DNA from: an uncultured bacterium
GTDB taxonomy: Bacteria; Krumholzibacteriota; Krumholzibacteriia; JACNKJ01
NCBI GenBank assembly: GCA_963695095.1
Contig: CAVOFT010000001.1
Coordinates: forward strand, 832,001 to 896,000
Length of the DNA: 64,000 nt
Direction of reading: 5' to 3'
Shown here one piece after another: positions 54,647-64,000 of this stretch. Numbering within the stretch: the first letter of the stretch is position 1; each line of letters opens with the position of its first letter. The notes under the pieces are model-generated. The model was not told where the DNA came from and did no database searches. It was given only the letters and a program-made list of their open reading frames with translations. The position numbers and the translations under genes are program-made.

Positions 54647-55392
54647 CATCCACCGATCCGCTCGCCCGGCGCCTCTTCATCGCCCTCGACGTGCCGAATC
54701 GCGGGGCGGCCGAGGAGCTGGCCGTGCAGCTCGCGCCTCTGGCGGTGGGCCTCAAGGTGGGGCTGGAGCTCTTCAGCGCCGAGGGGCCCTGGCTGGTGCG
54801 GCGCCTGGCCGCGGCAGCGCCCCTGTTCCTCGACCTCAAGTATCACGACATTCCCGCCACGGTGGCCCGCGCCACCGCCGCCGCCACGCGGCTCGGCGTG
54901 GCGATGCTCAACCTGCACATCGCGGGCGGCGAAGCGATGGCGCGCGCCGCCCTCGCCGCGCGGGACGAGGCGGCCGCCGCCGCGGGGCTGGCCGCGCCGC
55001 GGCTCATCGGCGTCACCGTGCTGACCAGCCTGGACGGGGCCGACCTCGCCGCGGCCTGGGGCGCCACGACCCCGCGCGACGCCGGCGCGGAGGCCCTGCG
55101 CCTCGCTCGCCGTGCACAGGACTGGGGCCTGGACGGCGTCGTCGCCTCGGCCCAGGAGGCCGCGGCCATCCGCGCGGCCTGCGGGCCGGACTTCCTCATC
55201 ATCACGCCGGGCATTCGCCCCGCGGGGAGCGCGGCCGGGGACCAGAAGCGGGTGCTGGGCCCGGCCGCGGCGCTGGCCGCCGGCGCCAGCCACCTCGTGG
55301 TCGGCCGGCCGGTGACGGCCGCCGCCGATCCGGCCGCCGCCTGCCGCGACCTGCTGGCGGCGATGGCCGCCGCGGCCCCCCCGGCGCCCTGA
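54643..55392 (+). CDS. pyrF: Orotidine-5'-phosphate decarboxylase
   Basis: IALD, KVGLEL, FLDLKYHDIPATV, VTVLTS, TPGIRP, DQKR, VVGRPV. Confidence 0.96.
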   Translation: MTSTDPLARRLFIALDVPNRGAAEELAVQLAPLAVGLKVGLELFSAEGPWLVRRLAAAAPLFLDLKYHDIPATVARATAAATRLGVAMLNLHIAGGEAMARAALAARDEAAAAAGLAAPRLIGVTVLTSLDGADLAAAWGATTPRDAGAEALRLARRAQDWGLDGVVASAQEAAAIRAACGPDFLIITPGIRPAGSAAGDQKRVLGPAAALAAGASHLVVGRPVTAAADPAAACRDLLAAMAAAAPPAP

Positions 55393-55457
55393 GGCCGGAC
55401 CCAGAAAGTCGGAATAGCAGGTTTCAATGTAGGAAATCTGCGCGCAACTCCCTTTCG

Positions 55458-55486
55458 TTGACATGATTAGGGCTTTCCTCTAGCCT
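55458..55486 (+). promoter_or_regulatory. sigma70-like promoter upstream of the T6SS cluster
   Basis: TTGACA-17 nt-TAGCCT in an AT-rich patch; hairpin GCCGATTC/GAATCGGC at 55517-55540 in the leader. Confidence 0.55.
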
Positions 55487-55628
55487 GCCGGCAATCAGGT
55501 CCAGACGCCCTGTCCGGCCGATTCCGGTGGGTGAATCGGCACGGGCGCGTCCGTCGGATTCGCTTGGCCCGGCGTTCGGGTGGGGCCCCCTGGGCGGTCC
55601 ATCCGAGGCGGTGGGCACCGAGGAGGCC

Positions 55629-56696
55629 ATGCTCGACATCAATCATTTGCTGCAGCCCATCGCCGGCGCTTCGCCCGCGGGACCCAATCTCCGCCTGATC
55701 GCCTCGGACACCACCTTCCGCGACATCGACGAGCTGCGCCGCGAGGAGGACCCCAGCCTCACCTTCGGCGGCGAGGCGAAGCGGGCCGACTGGAACGGCG
55801 TGCTCAGGGCCTGCAGCGCCGCCCTCGCCGAGAAGAGCAAGGACCTGGAGCTGGCCGGCTGGCTGCTGCAGGCCCTCGCCCACCGCGAGGGCTGGGCGGG
55901 GCTCCAATCGGGTCTCGGCCTGCTGCAACGGCTGCTCGTCGACTACTGGGATGGCCTGCACCCGGGCGAGGACGCGGGGGAGATCATCCTGCCCGTGCGG
56001 GCGCGGCCGCTGTCCTGGGTGGGCACCAGCCACGAATTCCTCAGCGCCGTGCGCGGCATTCCGCTCACGGCCGCCCTCGGCGACCGGCCGCGCAGCTGGC
56101 GGGACTACGAGGATTCGCAGCGCGTCGAGGGGGCCAGCCGCAGCGCCGACACGAGCAAGTTCAACGAGCTCATGGAGGCCGGGCTCACCACTCCCGAGCA
56201 GTGGCAGGCGGCCTTCGCCGGCACGGATCCCGCGCAGCTGGCCGCCGTCGGGGAAGCCATCGCCGGCTGCCAGGCCGAGCTGCGCGCCCTGGACACGCTC
56301 TGCGCCGAGCGCTTCGGGGACAGCGCGCCCTACTTCACGGATCTCAGCAACCTGCTCGTCGAGATCGCCGAGCACCTGCAGCGCTTCGCGGCCGGCGGCC
56401 CGGCTCCGGCCGGTGGCGCGGACTACGCGAGCGAGTTGCCCGGAGCGCCGGCGGCCCGCGCCGCGAGCGCCGCCGCGGGCGGTCTCGGCTCCCGGGATCA
56501 AGCCTACCGGCAACTCAAGGAAGCGGCCGACTACCTGCGCCGCACCGAGCCGCACAGCCCGGTGCCCGCGCTCGTGGACCGGGCCATCCGCTGGGGGGAG
56601 ATGCCCTTCAACCAGCTCTTCAAGGACGTGATTCGCGACGACAACGCCCGCCGGCAGATCATCGAGCTGCTTGGCCTGCCCTACGAAAACGACTAG
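55629..56696 (+). CDS. tssA: Type VI secretion protein TssA (ImpA domain)
   Basis: LLQPI...P.G.NLR, ADW, SKDL, YWDGLHP; C-terminal RTEPHSPVPALVDRAIRWGEM. Confidence 0.92.
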   Translation: MLDINHLLQPIAGASPAGPNLRLIASDTTFRDIDELRREEDPSLTFGGEAKRADWNGVLRACSAALAEKSKDLELAGWLLQALAHREGWAGLQSGLGLLQRLLVDYWDGLHPGEDAGEIILPVRARPLSWVGTSHEFLSAVRGIPLTAALGDRPRSWRDYEDSQRVEGASRSADTSKFNELMEAGLTTPEQWQAAFAGTDPAQLAAVGEAIAGCQAELRALDTLCAERFGDSAPYFTDLSNLLVEIAEHLQRFAAGGPAPAGGADYASELPGAPAARAASAAAGGLGSRDQAYRQLKEAADYLRRTEPHSPVPALVDRAIRWGEMPFNQLFKDVIRDDNARRQIIELLGLPYEND

Positions 56697-56723
56697 GCCT
56701 TCGCCAACCGCCAGGAGGAGACG

Positions 56724-57256
56724 ATGGGAGAAAGCATTTACGACAAGAAGGGCCGGGTGCGGCCGCCGCGCGTGCACATCTCGTACGACGTCGAGCTGAA
56801 CGGGGCGCATGGTGCATGAAGGAGCTCCCCTTCGTTGTCGGCGTGATGGCCGATCTCTCCGGCAATCCGGCCCAGCCGCTGCCCAAGCCGATGGACCGCA
56901 AGTTCACCGAGATCGACCGCGACAACTTCGACGACGTGCTCCGGACCATGAAGCCGCGCCTGGCCTACAAGGTGGAGAACACCCTGGCCGGTGACGGCAG
57001 CGAGCTGTCGGTGGAGCTGAACTTCAAGAAGCTGGACGACTTCAGCCCGGAGCAGGTCGCCGGCCAGGTGGCGCCGCTCAAGGACCTCATGGAAGTGCGC
57101 GACCAGCTCAAGGCCCTGCTCAGCAAGACCGAGGGCAACGATCGGCTCGAGGAGCTGCTCAACGCCATCCTCGAGAACGAGGACATGCGCGACAAGCTGA
57201 AGGACGTGCTGGGCGCCGCGGGGCCGCAGCCGGGCCAGACCGAGGGGGGTAACTGA
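56724..57256 (+). CDS. tssB: T6SS sheath small subunit; frameshift near 56810
   Basis: RVRPPRVHISYDVE, then KELPFVVGVMADLSG, RKFTEIDRDNFD, DDFSPEQVA. Confidence 0.93.
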
Positions 57257-57257
57257 A

Positions 57258-58754
57258 ATGGCGCAGAAGAAGAAGGCGACGCCCGTCTCGGAGCTGATCA
57301 CCGCAGGACGGGCAGAGCATCCTCGATGACCTGCTCGAGACCGGCATCAAGCCGCGGGAGCCGGCGGCCAAGGAGCACGGCCAGGCCCTGATCAAGAACC
57401 TCGTCGAGCAGCTCCTGGACCCGGGCACCGTGGTGGCCGAAGGGCGTGACGCGCACGATCAACCAGCGCATCGCGGCCATCGACGCGGTGATCTCCAAGC
57501 AGCTCAACGCGATCATGCACACGCCGGAGTTCCAGAAGCTGGAGGCCTCCTGGCGCGGGCTGCACCAGCTGGTCATGAACACCGAGACCGGCGAGATCGA
57601 TGAAGATCCGCGTGCTCAACATGAGCAAGAAGGACATGCTGCGCGACTTCCAGGCCGCCATCGGAGTTCACCGAGAGCGCGCTCTGGAAGAAGATCTACG
57701 AGTACGAGTTCGGCCTCTACGGCGGCGATCCCTACGGCGCCCTCGTCGGCGACTACGAGTTCGACCGCGGGCCGCAGGACATCGAGCTGCTCGAGCACCT
57801 GTCGCACGTGGCGGCGGCGGCGCACGCGCCGTTCATCTCGGCCGCGGGCTCGGGCATGTTCGGCCTGGACAGCTTCAGCGATCTGCCCAACCCGCGCGAC
57901 CTGGCCAAGATCTTCGACAAGAGCAACCCCGAGAACACGAAGTGGCTTTCCTTCCGCGACTCGGAGGACGCGCGCTTCGTGGCGCTCACCGCTGCCGCAC
58001 GTCCTCGGCCGCTTGCCCTACGGCAAGAGCACGGTGCCGGTGGAGGCCTTCGACTTCGAGGAGGACGTGGACGGCTCCGACCACGACAAGTACCTGTGGA
58101 CCAACTGCGCCTACGCCTTCGCCGGCCGGCTGACGGCCGCCTTCGCCAAGCACCACTGGTGCGTGGCGATTCGCGGCCCCGAGGGCGGCGGCCTCGTGGA
58201 GGGCCTGCCCATCCACGCCTTCAAGACCCGCGAGGGCGACGTGGGCGCCAAGGTGCCCACCGAGGTGGTCATCCCGGACACGCGCGAGAAGGAGCTGTCG
58301 GACCTGGGCTTCATCCCGCTCGTCCACTGCAAGAACACCGACTACGCCGCCTTCTTCGGGGCCAACTCGGTGCAGCGCCCGAAGGTCTACAAGGAGGCGG
58401 CGGCCACGGCCAACGCGGACCTCTCGCGCAAGATCCAGTACCTGATGGCCACGTCGCGCATCGCGCACTACCTGAAGGCGATCTGCCGCGACAAGATCGG
58501 CGTCCTTCGCGTCGCGCAGCGAGGTGCAGACCTTCCTCAACAACTGGATCAACCAACTACGTCCTGAACCAGGACGAGGCGACCCAGGAGCAGAAGGCCG
58601 GCTGCCGCTGCGCGAGGCCCGCATCGAGGTCACGGAGGACAAGGCCAAGCCCGGCTCCTACAAGGCCGTGGCCTATCTCCGGCCCCACTTCCAGCTCGAG
58701 GAGCTGAAGGTATCCTTGCGCCTGGTGGCCGATCTGCCCCAGGCGGCGAAGTAG
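57258..58754 (+). CDS. tssC: T6SS sheath large subunit; multiple frameshifts
   Basis: [80 protein letters not shown] spread over three frames. Confidence 0.93.
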
Positions 58755-58850
58755 ACAAGCACGCCCGGGTCGTCCCGCCCGCGCGGCGGGGCGACCGCGG
58801 CCGTCCCCCGGGACGCCCGCATCCACACTGACCGTCACAAAGGAGTCGAG

Positions 58851-59336
58851 ATGGCCGTTTCCATGTATCTGAAGATCGACGGCGTGCCCGGGGACGCCAC
58901 GGGCAGCACCTATGGCGACATCGAGGTCCTATCCTACAGCCACGGCGTCAGCCAGAGCGCCACGCGGGCCTCCGCCGTGGGCGGCGGCGCCTCGGGCGAA
59001 ACCCACCACGCGGACTTCACGGTGATCAAGGCCCTGGACAGCTCCTCGCCCCTGCTCGCCCAGAAGTGCAGCCAGGGCGAGACGATCGCCAATGTCGTGC
59101 TCACGCTGGTGCGGACGGGCACAGGCGCGCCGGTGCCCTACATGACCTACAAGCTCGAGCAGGTGATCATCTCGAACGTCTCGCCGGGCGGCGCCAAGGA
59201 ATCCGACTGGGTGACCGAGAGCTTGAGCTTCAATTATGCCAAGATCTCCTGGGAGTTCACCAAGCAGAAGCGCGCCGACGGCAGCGGCGGCGGCAAGACC
59301 ACCGGCTCCTGGGATCTCGTCGCCCACCACGCCTGA
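58851..59336 (+). CDS. hcp: T6SS tube protein Hcp
   Basis: MYLKIDGVPGD, IEVLSYSHGVSQ, KALDSSSPLL, ESLSFNYAKI, WD. Confidence 0.95.
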   Translation: MAVSMYLKIDGVPGDATGSTYGDIEVLSYSHGVSQSATRASAVGGGASGETHHADFTVIKALDSSSPLLAQKCSQGETIANVVLTLVRTGTGAPVPYMTYKLEQVIISNVSPGGAKESDWVTESLSFNYAKISWEFTKQKRADGSGGGKTTGSWDLVAHHA

Positions 59337-59373
59337 TCGAGACAGCGGCGAGGATTCGCCCGGGGGAGAACGC

Positions 59374-60180
59374 ATGGAGGCCGAGAAGCTCTTCAGCGCC
59401 GGTCGCCTCGAGGAGGCCATCGCTGCCCAGCTGGGCGCGGTGAAGGCCGCGCCGACGGACACCGATCGGCGCTACTTCCTCTTCGGGCTGCTGGCCTTCA
59501 CGGGTGACTGGGAGCGCGCGGGCCGCCAGCTCGACGCCCTCGGCGTTCAGGACGAGGCGATCGCGGCGGGCGGGCGCGTTTACCGCCTGCTGCTCGACGC
59601 GGAGCTGGAGCGCCGCGCGGTCTGGGAGCAGGGCAAGGCGCCGCTGAGCGCGCCCGACCCGCCCGCGCATCTGGAGTCGCGACTGGCGCTGGTGGCGGCC
59701 CTCGCCGCGGGGGATCTCGCCGCCGCCGAGGCGGCGCAGGCGGCGGCCGTGGCGGCGGCGCCCGGCCTGCGCGGGTCGATCAACGGTCAGCCGCTGCGCG
59801 GCCTGCGCGATCAGGACGATGTGCTCGGTTCGCTGATCGAGGTTTTCGCGGGGGGCCGCTGTCTCTGGCTGCCGCTGGAGCACTTGCGCAGCCTGACCTG
59901 CGCGCCGCCCCGGCACCTGCTCGATCTGATCTGGCTGCCGGCGCAGCTTTGCGATGCCAGTGGCGTCGAGGCCAACGTCCACCTGCCCGCGCTCTACGCC
60001 GGTAGCGGCCGGGCCGCCGATGACGGCTTGCGCCTGGGCCGCGGCACGGACTGGGTGGACCAGGGGGCCGCCATCTGGCGGGGCGTGGGCCAGCGCCTGC
60101 TGGCCTACGCGGACGGCGAGGAGGCGCTGCAGACCCTGGGCCTGCTGGAGCTGCGCTCCCTGAGCCTCGAGGCGGTCTGA
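59374..60180 (+). CDS. tagJ: T6SS accessory protein TagJ/ImpE
   Basis: VKAAPTD..RR..LFGLL..GDWERA..QL, D.DD.LG, LLDLIWLP, LRLGRGTDW, GVGQR. Confidence 0.88.
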   Translation: MEAEKLFSAGRLEEAIAAQLGAVKAAPTDTDRRYFLFGLLAFTGDWERAGRQLDALGVQDEAIAAGGRVYRLLLDAELERRAVWEQGKAPLSAPDPPAHLESRLALVAALAAGDLAAAEAAQAAAVAAAPGLRGSINGQPLRGLRDQDDVLGSLIEVFAGGRCLWLPLEHLRSLTCAPPRHLLDLIWLPAQLCDASGVEANVHLPALYAGSGRAADDGLRLGRGTDWVDQGAAIWRGVGQRLLAYADGEEALQTLGLLELRSLSLEAV

Positions 60181-60200
60181 GCCCAACAACGAGGAGTGGC

Positions 60201-60686
60201 ATGAGCAGCCGGCCGGGCGAGGTGTTGAGGAGTTCCGTGATCGACCGCATCCTCGCCGACGGTGGCGGCGGTCGCAGCGTCGACCTGCGCATCAGCGTCG
60301 AGGAGCTGCGGCGTGCCCTGCGTCGGGACATCGAGTGGCTGCTCAACAGCAAGCAGCCCGGCTTGATGGCGATGGTCGGCAAGCCGGAGTGCGCCGCCTC
60401 CATCCTGAACTACGGCGTCCCCGACATCACGCAGTTCCATAGCCACAGCCAGCACGATCGCGCCGAACTCTGCCGCCTGATCACCGCCGCCCTGCGCAGC
60501 TTCGAGCCGCGCCTGCTGCCCGAATCGCTGCGCGTGGAGTTCGTGGAGGCCCGCGGCGCGGCGGGTCTGGATCTGCACTTCCGCATCAGCGGCGTGCTGC
60601 ACGTGGATCCCATCCACGAACCGATCGCCTTCGACACCAGCGTCGAGGTCGAGACGGGGAGCTTCGCGCTCCAGGCGGCCGACTGA
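60201..60686 (+). CDS. tssE: T6SS baseplate subunit TssE (gp25-like)
   Basis: SVIDRI, RDIEWLLNS, SILNYGVPD, FEPRL. Confidence 0.92.
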   Translation: MSSRPGEVLRSSVIDRILADGGGGRSVDLRISVEELRRALRRDIEWLLNSKQPGLMAMVGKPECAASILNYGVPDITQFHSHSQHDRAELCRLITAALRSFEPRLLPESLRVEFVEARGAAGLDLHFRISGVLHVDPIHEPIAFDTSVEVETGSFALQAAD

Positions 60687-62545
60687 TGCGCGACGAGCTG
60701 CTCACCTACTACGAGCGCGAGCTGCGCTTCATCCGCCGCCTGGCGGGCGACTTCGCCGAGCGCTACCCGGCCGTGGCCCAGCAGCTCGTGCTCGGCGCCG
60801 AGCGCGCGGACGACCCGCACGTGGAGCGGCTGATCGAGGCCTTCGCGATGCTGACGGCGCGCGTGCAGCTCAAGCTGGACGACGAGTATCCCCAGATCAC
60901 CGAGGCCCTGCTCCAGCGGCTCTTCCCGGAATTCCTGGCGCCGCTGCCCTCCTTGACGCTGCTCGAGTTCGAGCTGGATCCCGGCCGCCGCGAGGCGACG
61001 ACGGCGCTCAAGGTGCCGCGGCACTCGCTGCTGCACACGCGCCCGGTGGACGGGGTGCGCTGCTACTTCCGCAGCTGCTACGACGTCGAGCTGTGGCCCA
61101 TCGCCGTGCAGGCGGTGGACCTGATCAAGCTGGGGCGGGGCGTGCCCCATTGCCCACCCGGCGTGACGGCCGCCCTGCGCATCCAGCTGGGCACCCTGGG
61201 CAGCCAGACCTTCGCGGACTTGCCCATCGACCGCCTGCGCTTCCACCTGGACGGCGAGAGCGGCCTCACCCACGCTCTCTACGAGCTGCTCTTCCGCGAC
61301 CCGCGCGGCCTGCTCCTGCGCGTGCCCGGCAAGCCGGAGACGGCCGTGCCGCTGCCGGCGGCGGCGCTCAGCCCCGGCGGCTTCGCCGCCGAGGAGTCGC
61401 TGCTCGGGGAGGCGCGCGGAGCCCGGCGGCCCCTGCGGCTCCTGCAGGAGTTCTTCTGGTTTCCCAAGAAGTTCCTCTTCGTCGATATCGAAGGGCTGGA
61501 TCTGATCGGGCGCAAGCTGCGCAGCCGGCAGCTCGAGCTGCTCGTCCTGCTCGACCAGCTGCCGCTGGCCCTGGAGGGCAGCGTCGAGGCGGCCAATTTC
61601 AAGCTGGGCTGCACGCCGGCCGTGAACCTCTTTCCTCAGCAGGCCGAGCCCATCCGCTGCGAGGGCAACCTGGCCGAGTACCGGGTGCTGCCCGACATGC
61701 GCTCGCCCCTGGCCTACGAGGTGCAGCGCATCCTCGCGGTCGAGGGCATCGACGCCGCGAGCGGAGGCCAGCGGGAGTACCGTCCCTTCTACGCCCTGCG
61801 CCATGGCGATCCCGCCCTGGAGTCGCTCGCCTTCTGGGAGGCCCGCCGCCGCGGCTCCCTGCGCAAGGGCGACGAGGGGAGCGAGGTCTATCTGAGCCTC
61901 GTGGACCGCGGCCGGCAGCCGGCGGCGGCCGCCGGCGAGACCCTGGTGGTCAAGACGCTCTGCAGCAACCGCGACTTGCCGGCGCGCCTGGCCATGGGCG
62001 ACCCCAGCGGCGACTTCAGCATCGAGGGTCAGCCGGGGGTCGGCCGCATCCGCACCTTGCAGAAGCCCACGCCCTGCTGGCGCCTGTCCCCCGACGGCCG
62101 CGAGCAGTGGCGGCTGCTCTCCCTGCTCAATCTCAACCACCTCTCCCTGGTCCGCTTCGACGCCGACGACGGAGCGCGGGCCGACCAGGACGCCGAGAGC
62201 GGGCCCGAGGCCTTCCGCGAGCTCCTGCGCGTGCTCGACTTCACCGGCTCGGCCAGCTCGCGCCAGCGCATCGAGGGCCTGCTCGACCTGCGCGCGCGCC
62301 GCGTGCTGCGCAAGATTCCCGTGGCCGGCCACCGCGTCTTCGCCCGCGGGCTGGAGCTGACGGTGGACCTGGACGAGGGCAAGTTCGCCGGCAGCGGCGT
62401 CTTCCTCTTCGCGGCCGTGCTCGAGCGCTTCTTCGCCCTCCACGCGAGCATCAACGCCTTCGTCGAGCTGACGGCCCGTGTGCGTCAGCGCGAGGGGGTG
62501 ATGAAGACATGGCCACCCCGCGCGGGCGAGAAGCCGCTCCTGTGA
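60686..62545 (+). CDS. tssF: T6SS baseplate subunit TssF
   Basis: YYERELRFIR, DPHVERLIEAFA, LLQEFFWFPKKF, CTPAVNLF, CSNRDLP, VLERFFALHASINAF. Confidence 0.95.
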   Translation: MRDELLTYYERELRFIRRLAGDFAERYPAVAQQLVLGAERADDPHVERLIEAFAMLTARVQLKLDDEYPQITEALLQRLFPEFLAPLPSLTLLEFELDPGRREATTALKVPRHSLLHTRPVDGVRCYFRSCYDVELWPIAVQAVDLIKLGRGVPHCPPGVTAALRIQLGTLGSQTFADLPIDRLRFHLDGESGLTHALYELLFRDPRGLLLRVPGKPETAVPLPAAALSPGGFAAEESLLGEARGARRPLRLLQEFFWFPKKFLFVDIEGLDLIGRKLRSRQLELLVLLDQLPLALEGSVEAANFKLGCTPAVNLFPQQAEPIRCEGNLAEYRVLPDMRSPLAYEVQRILAVEGIDAASGGQREYRPFYALRHGDPALESLAFWEARRRGSLRKGDEGSEVYLSLVDRGRQPAAAAGETLVVKTLCSNRDLPARLAMGDPSGDFSIEGQPGVGRIRTLQKPTPCWRLSPDGREQWRLLSLLNLNHLSLVRFDADDGARADQDAESGPEAFRELLRVLDFTGSASSRQRIEGLLDLRARRVLRKIPVAGHRVFARGLELTVDLDEGKFAGSGVFLFAAVLERFFALHASINAFVELTARVRQREGVMKTWPPRAGEKPLL

Positions 62546-63540
62546 GCGAGGCCCTCTTCGCCGAGCCCCAGCGCTACGAGTTCTTCCAGGCGGTGCGTCT
62601 GCATCAGCGCGCCCGGCCGGGGGCGACCCTCGGCGCCGGCGACGACCCGCGGCGCGAAACCCTGCGCTTCAGCGCCGAAGTCTCCCTGGCCTTTCCGCCC
62701 AGCGACATCCGCTCGCTCACGCCCGGCGCCGGCGCGGAGGCCCCGGATCGGATGGAAGTGCGCTTCATGGGCCTGGCCACGCCGGCCAGCTACGGCTCCC
62801 TGCCCACGCCCTACGCCGAGGCCGTCCTCGCCGACCTGCGCGCCGGCCACAGCGCGGCCAAGGCCTTCTACGATCTCTTCAATCATCGTCTGATCTCGCT
62901 CTTCTACCGCGCCTGGGCCAAGTACCGCCCGGAGATCGGCTACGAGACGGGGCCGGCGGGCGAGGTCACCAGCTTCGAGCGGGCGCTCTTCGCCTTGATC
63001 GGCGTGCCCGAACCCGGCCGCGCGGAGGCTCTGCCCTTCGATGCGCGGGCGCTGCTCGGCCGGGCCCGGGAGCTGCGCCGCTGCGGCGCGAGCGCGGAGG
63101 CCCTGGCCGAGCTGATCGAGGACTACTTCGCGGTGCCGGCCACGGTCCGGGCCTTCGCCCTGCGCGCCTACCGGATGGCGGCGACGGAGCGCACGCGCCT
63201 GGGTCGGCAGGCTTCGGCTCTGGGCGAGAGCTTCGCCCTCGGTGGCCGCGTGGAACTGGCGCAGCATGCCTTCTGTCTTCGTCTCGGTCCTCTGGACGGG
63301 CGCCAGTTCCGTGACTTCCTGCCCACGGGGGACGGCCATCGCGCGCTGGTGGCGCTGACCCGCCTGGCCGTGGGCCCCGACTTCGACTTTGCCATCGAGC
63401 TGGAACTGGCCGCCGGCGAGGCCTTCACCTGCCGTCTCGGCGGCGCGGCCGCGGGCGAGGGCCGCCTCGGCTGGTCGGCCTGGTTGCGGCCCCACGGCGA
63501 GGTCGCCGGCGTCCAGCGCGTCACCCTGACCGTCGGCTGA
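62542..63540 (+). CDS. tssG: T6SS baseplate subunit TssG
   Basis: YEFFQAVRL, SLAFPPSDI, FMGL, FYDLFNHRLISLFYRAWAKY, LGWSAWL; GTGA overlap with tssF. Confidence 0.93.
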   Translation: MSEALFAEPQRYEFFQAVRLHQRARPGATLGAGDDPRRETLRFSAEVSLAFPPSDIRSLTPGAGAEAPDRMEVRFMGLATPASYGSLPTPYAEAVLADLRAGHSAAKAFYDLFNHRLISLFYRAWAKYRPEIGYETGPAGEVTSFERALFALIGVPEPGRAEALPFDARALLGRARELRRCGASAEALAELIEDYFAVPATVRAFALRAYRMAATERTRLGRQASALGESFALGGRVELAQHAFCLRLGPLDGRQFRDFLPTGDGHRALVALTRLAVGPDFDFAIELELAAGEAFTCRLGGAAAGEGRLGWSAWLRPHGEVAGVQRVTLTVG

Positions 63541-63580
63541 GACCGGCGGCGAATCGTTTCCGCCTGCGAGGAGGAGCCCG

Positions 63581-64000
63581 GTGAGTCTGAACCTGAAAAC
63601 CCTGGTCGGCAAGCTGACCGACAGCTCACGCCGCGCCCTCGAGGGGCCGCGGGCCTCTGCCTCTCGCGCACCCACTACGATGTCGAGGTGGAGCACTGGC
63701 TGATCAAGCTCATGGAGCCGGCCGGCGGCGACATCGAGCGCATCCTGCGACACTTCGGGCTCGACCCCGATCGCTTCCTGCGCGATCTCGACCGCTCCCT
63801 CGACCAGTACAAGACGGGCAACGGCGGCCGGCCGCAGCTCGCGCCGAGCATCGAGGACCTGGCGCGCGAGGCCTGGCTGCTCAGCTCCGTCAACCTGGGC
63901 GCCGCCCGCGTGCGCTCGGGCGCCCTGCTCCTGGCCGCGCTGGCCGAGCCGGGCCTGCGCCGCCGCCTGCTCGATGCCTCGCCGGCGCTCAAGGCCATCG
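63581..64000 (+). CDS. tssH: T6SS ATPase ClpV, N-terminal part; frameshift near 63645; runs off the window edge
   Basis: GAGGAG RBS; LKTLVGKL...RRALEG, then GLCLSRTHYDVEVEHWL, REAWLLSS, VRSGALLLA. Confidence 0.88.

Noticed and set aside
56724..58754. Programmed frameshifting in tssB/tssC
   Set aside because: Too many shifts, no slippery sequences, and similar indels occur in unrelated genes; sequencing error is simpler.

Overview
Very GC-rich bacterial chromosomal window. A FlgD-Ig/T9SS-type 'YPNPFNP' C-terminal domain and two secreted proteins ending in (S/T)W(S/G)xIKxLY suggest an uncultured FCB-group lineage such as Krumholzibacteriota, Latescibacterota or Eisenbacteria (inference only). 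Contents in order: (1) housekeeping genes: split glutaminase + nadE, rsmI, CDP-alcohol phosphatidyltransferase, tmk, S41 protease, HAD phosphatase, alr, HerA/DUF87-like ATPase; (2) a dusB-larB-larC-LysM/TPR-ABC ATPase-yihY operon; (3) M20 dipeptidase and acyl-CoA dehydrogenase, followed by an unannotated 34/37-codon membrane micro-ORF ending GGC-UGA-GS with a SECIS-like hairpin; (4) katG; (5) an ECF sigma factor coupled to a TM-vWA protein; (6) a solitary HNH nuclease with tandem internal DNA palindromes; (7) tag and a WG-repeat lipoprotein; (8) a surface-polysaccharide locus (rfbC, SLBB exporter, wzz/wzy, wzx, glycosyltransferases, wecA) with a lower-GC core; (9) a secreted metalloprotease; (10) a PyrR-attenuated pyr operon with an inserted TPR lipoprotein; (11) the first part of a proteobacterial-type type VI secretion cluster (tssA-B-C-hcp-tagJ-tssE-F-G-H). 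Many genes carry small frameshifts that most likely reflect long-read consensus errors. No rRNA, tRNA, CRISPR array or transposase was recognised. All family calls are from motif recognition by eye; no database search was run.
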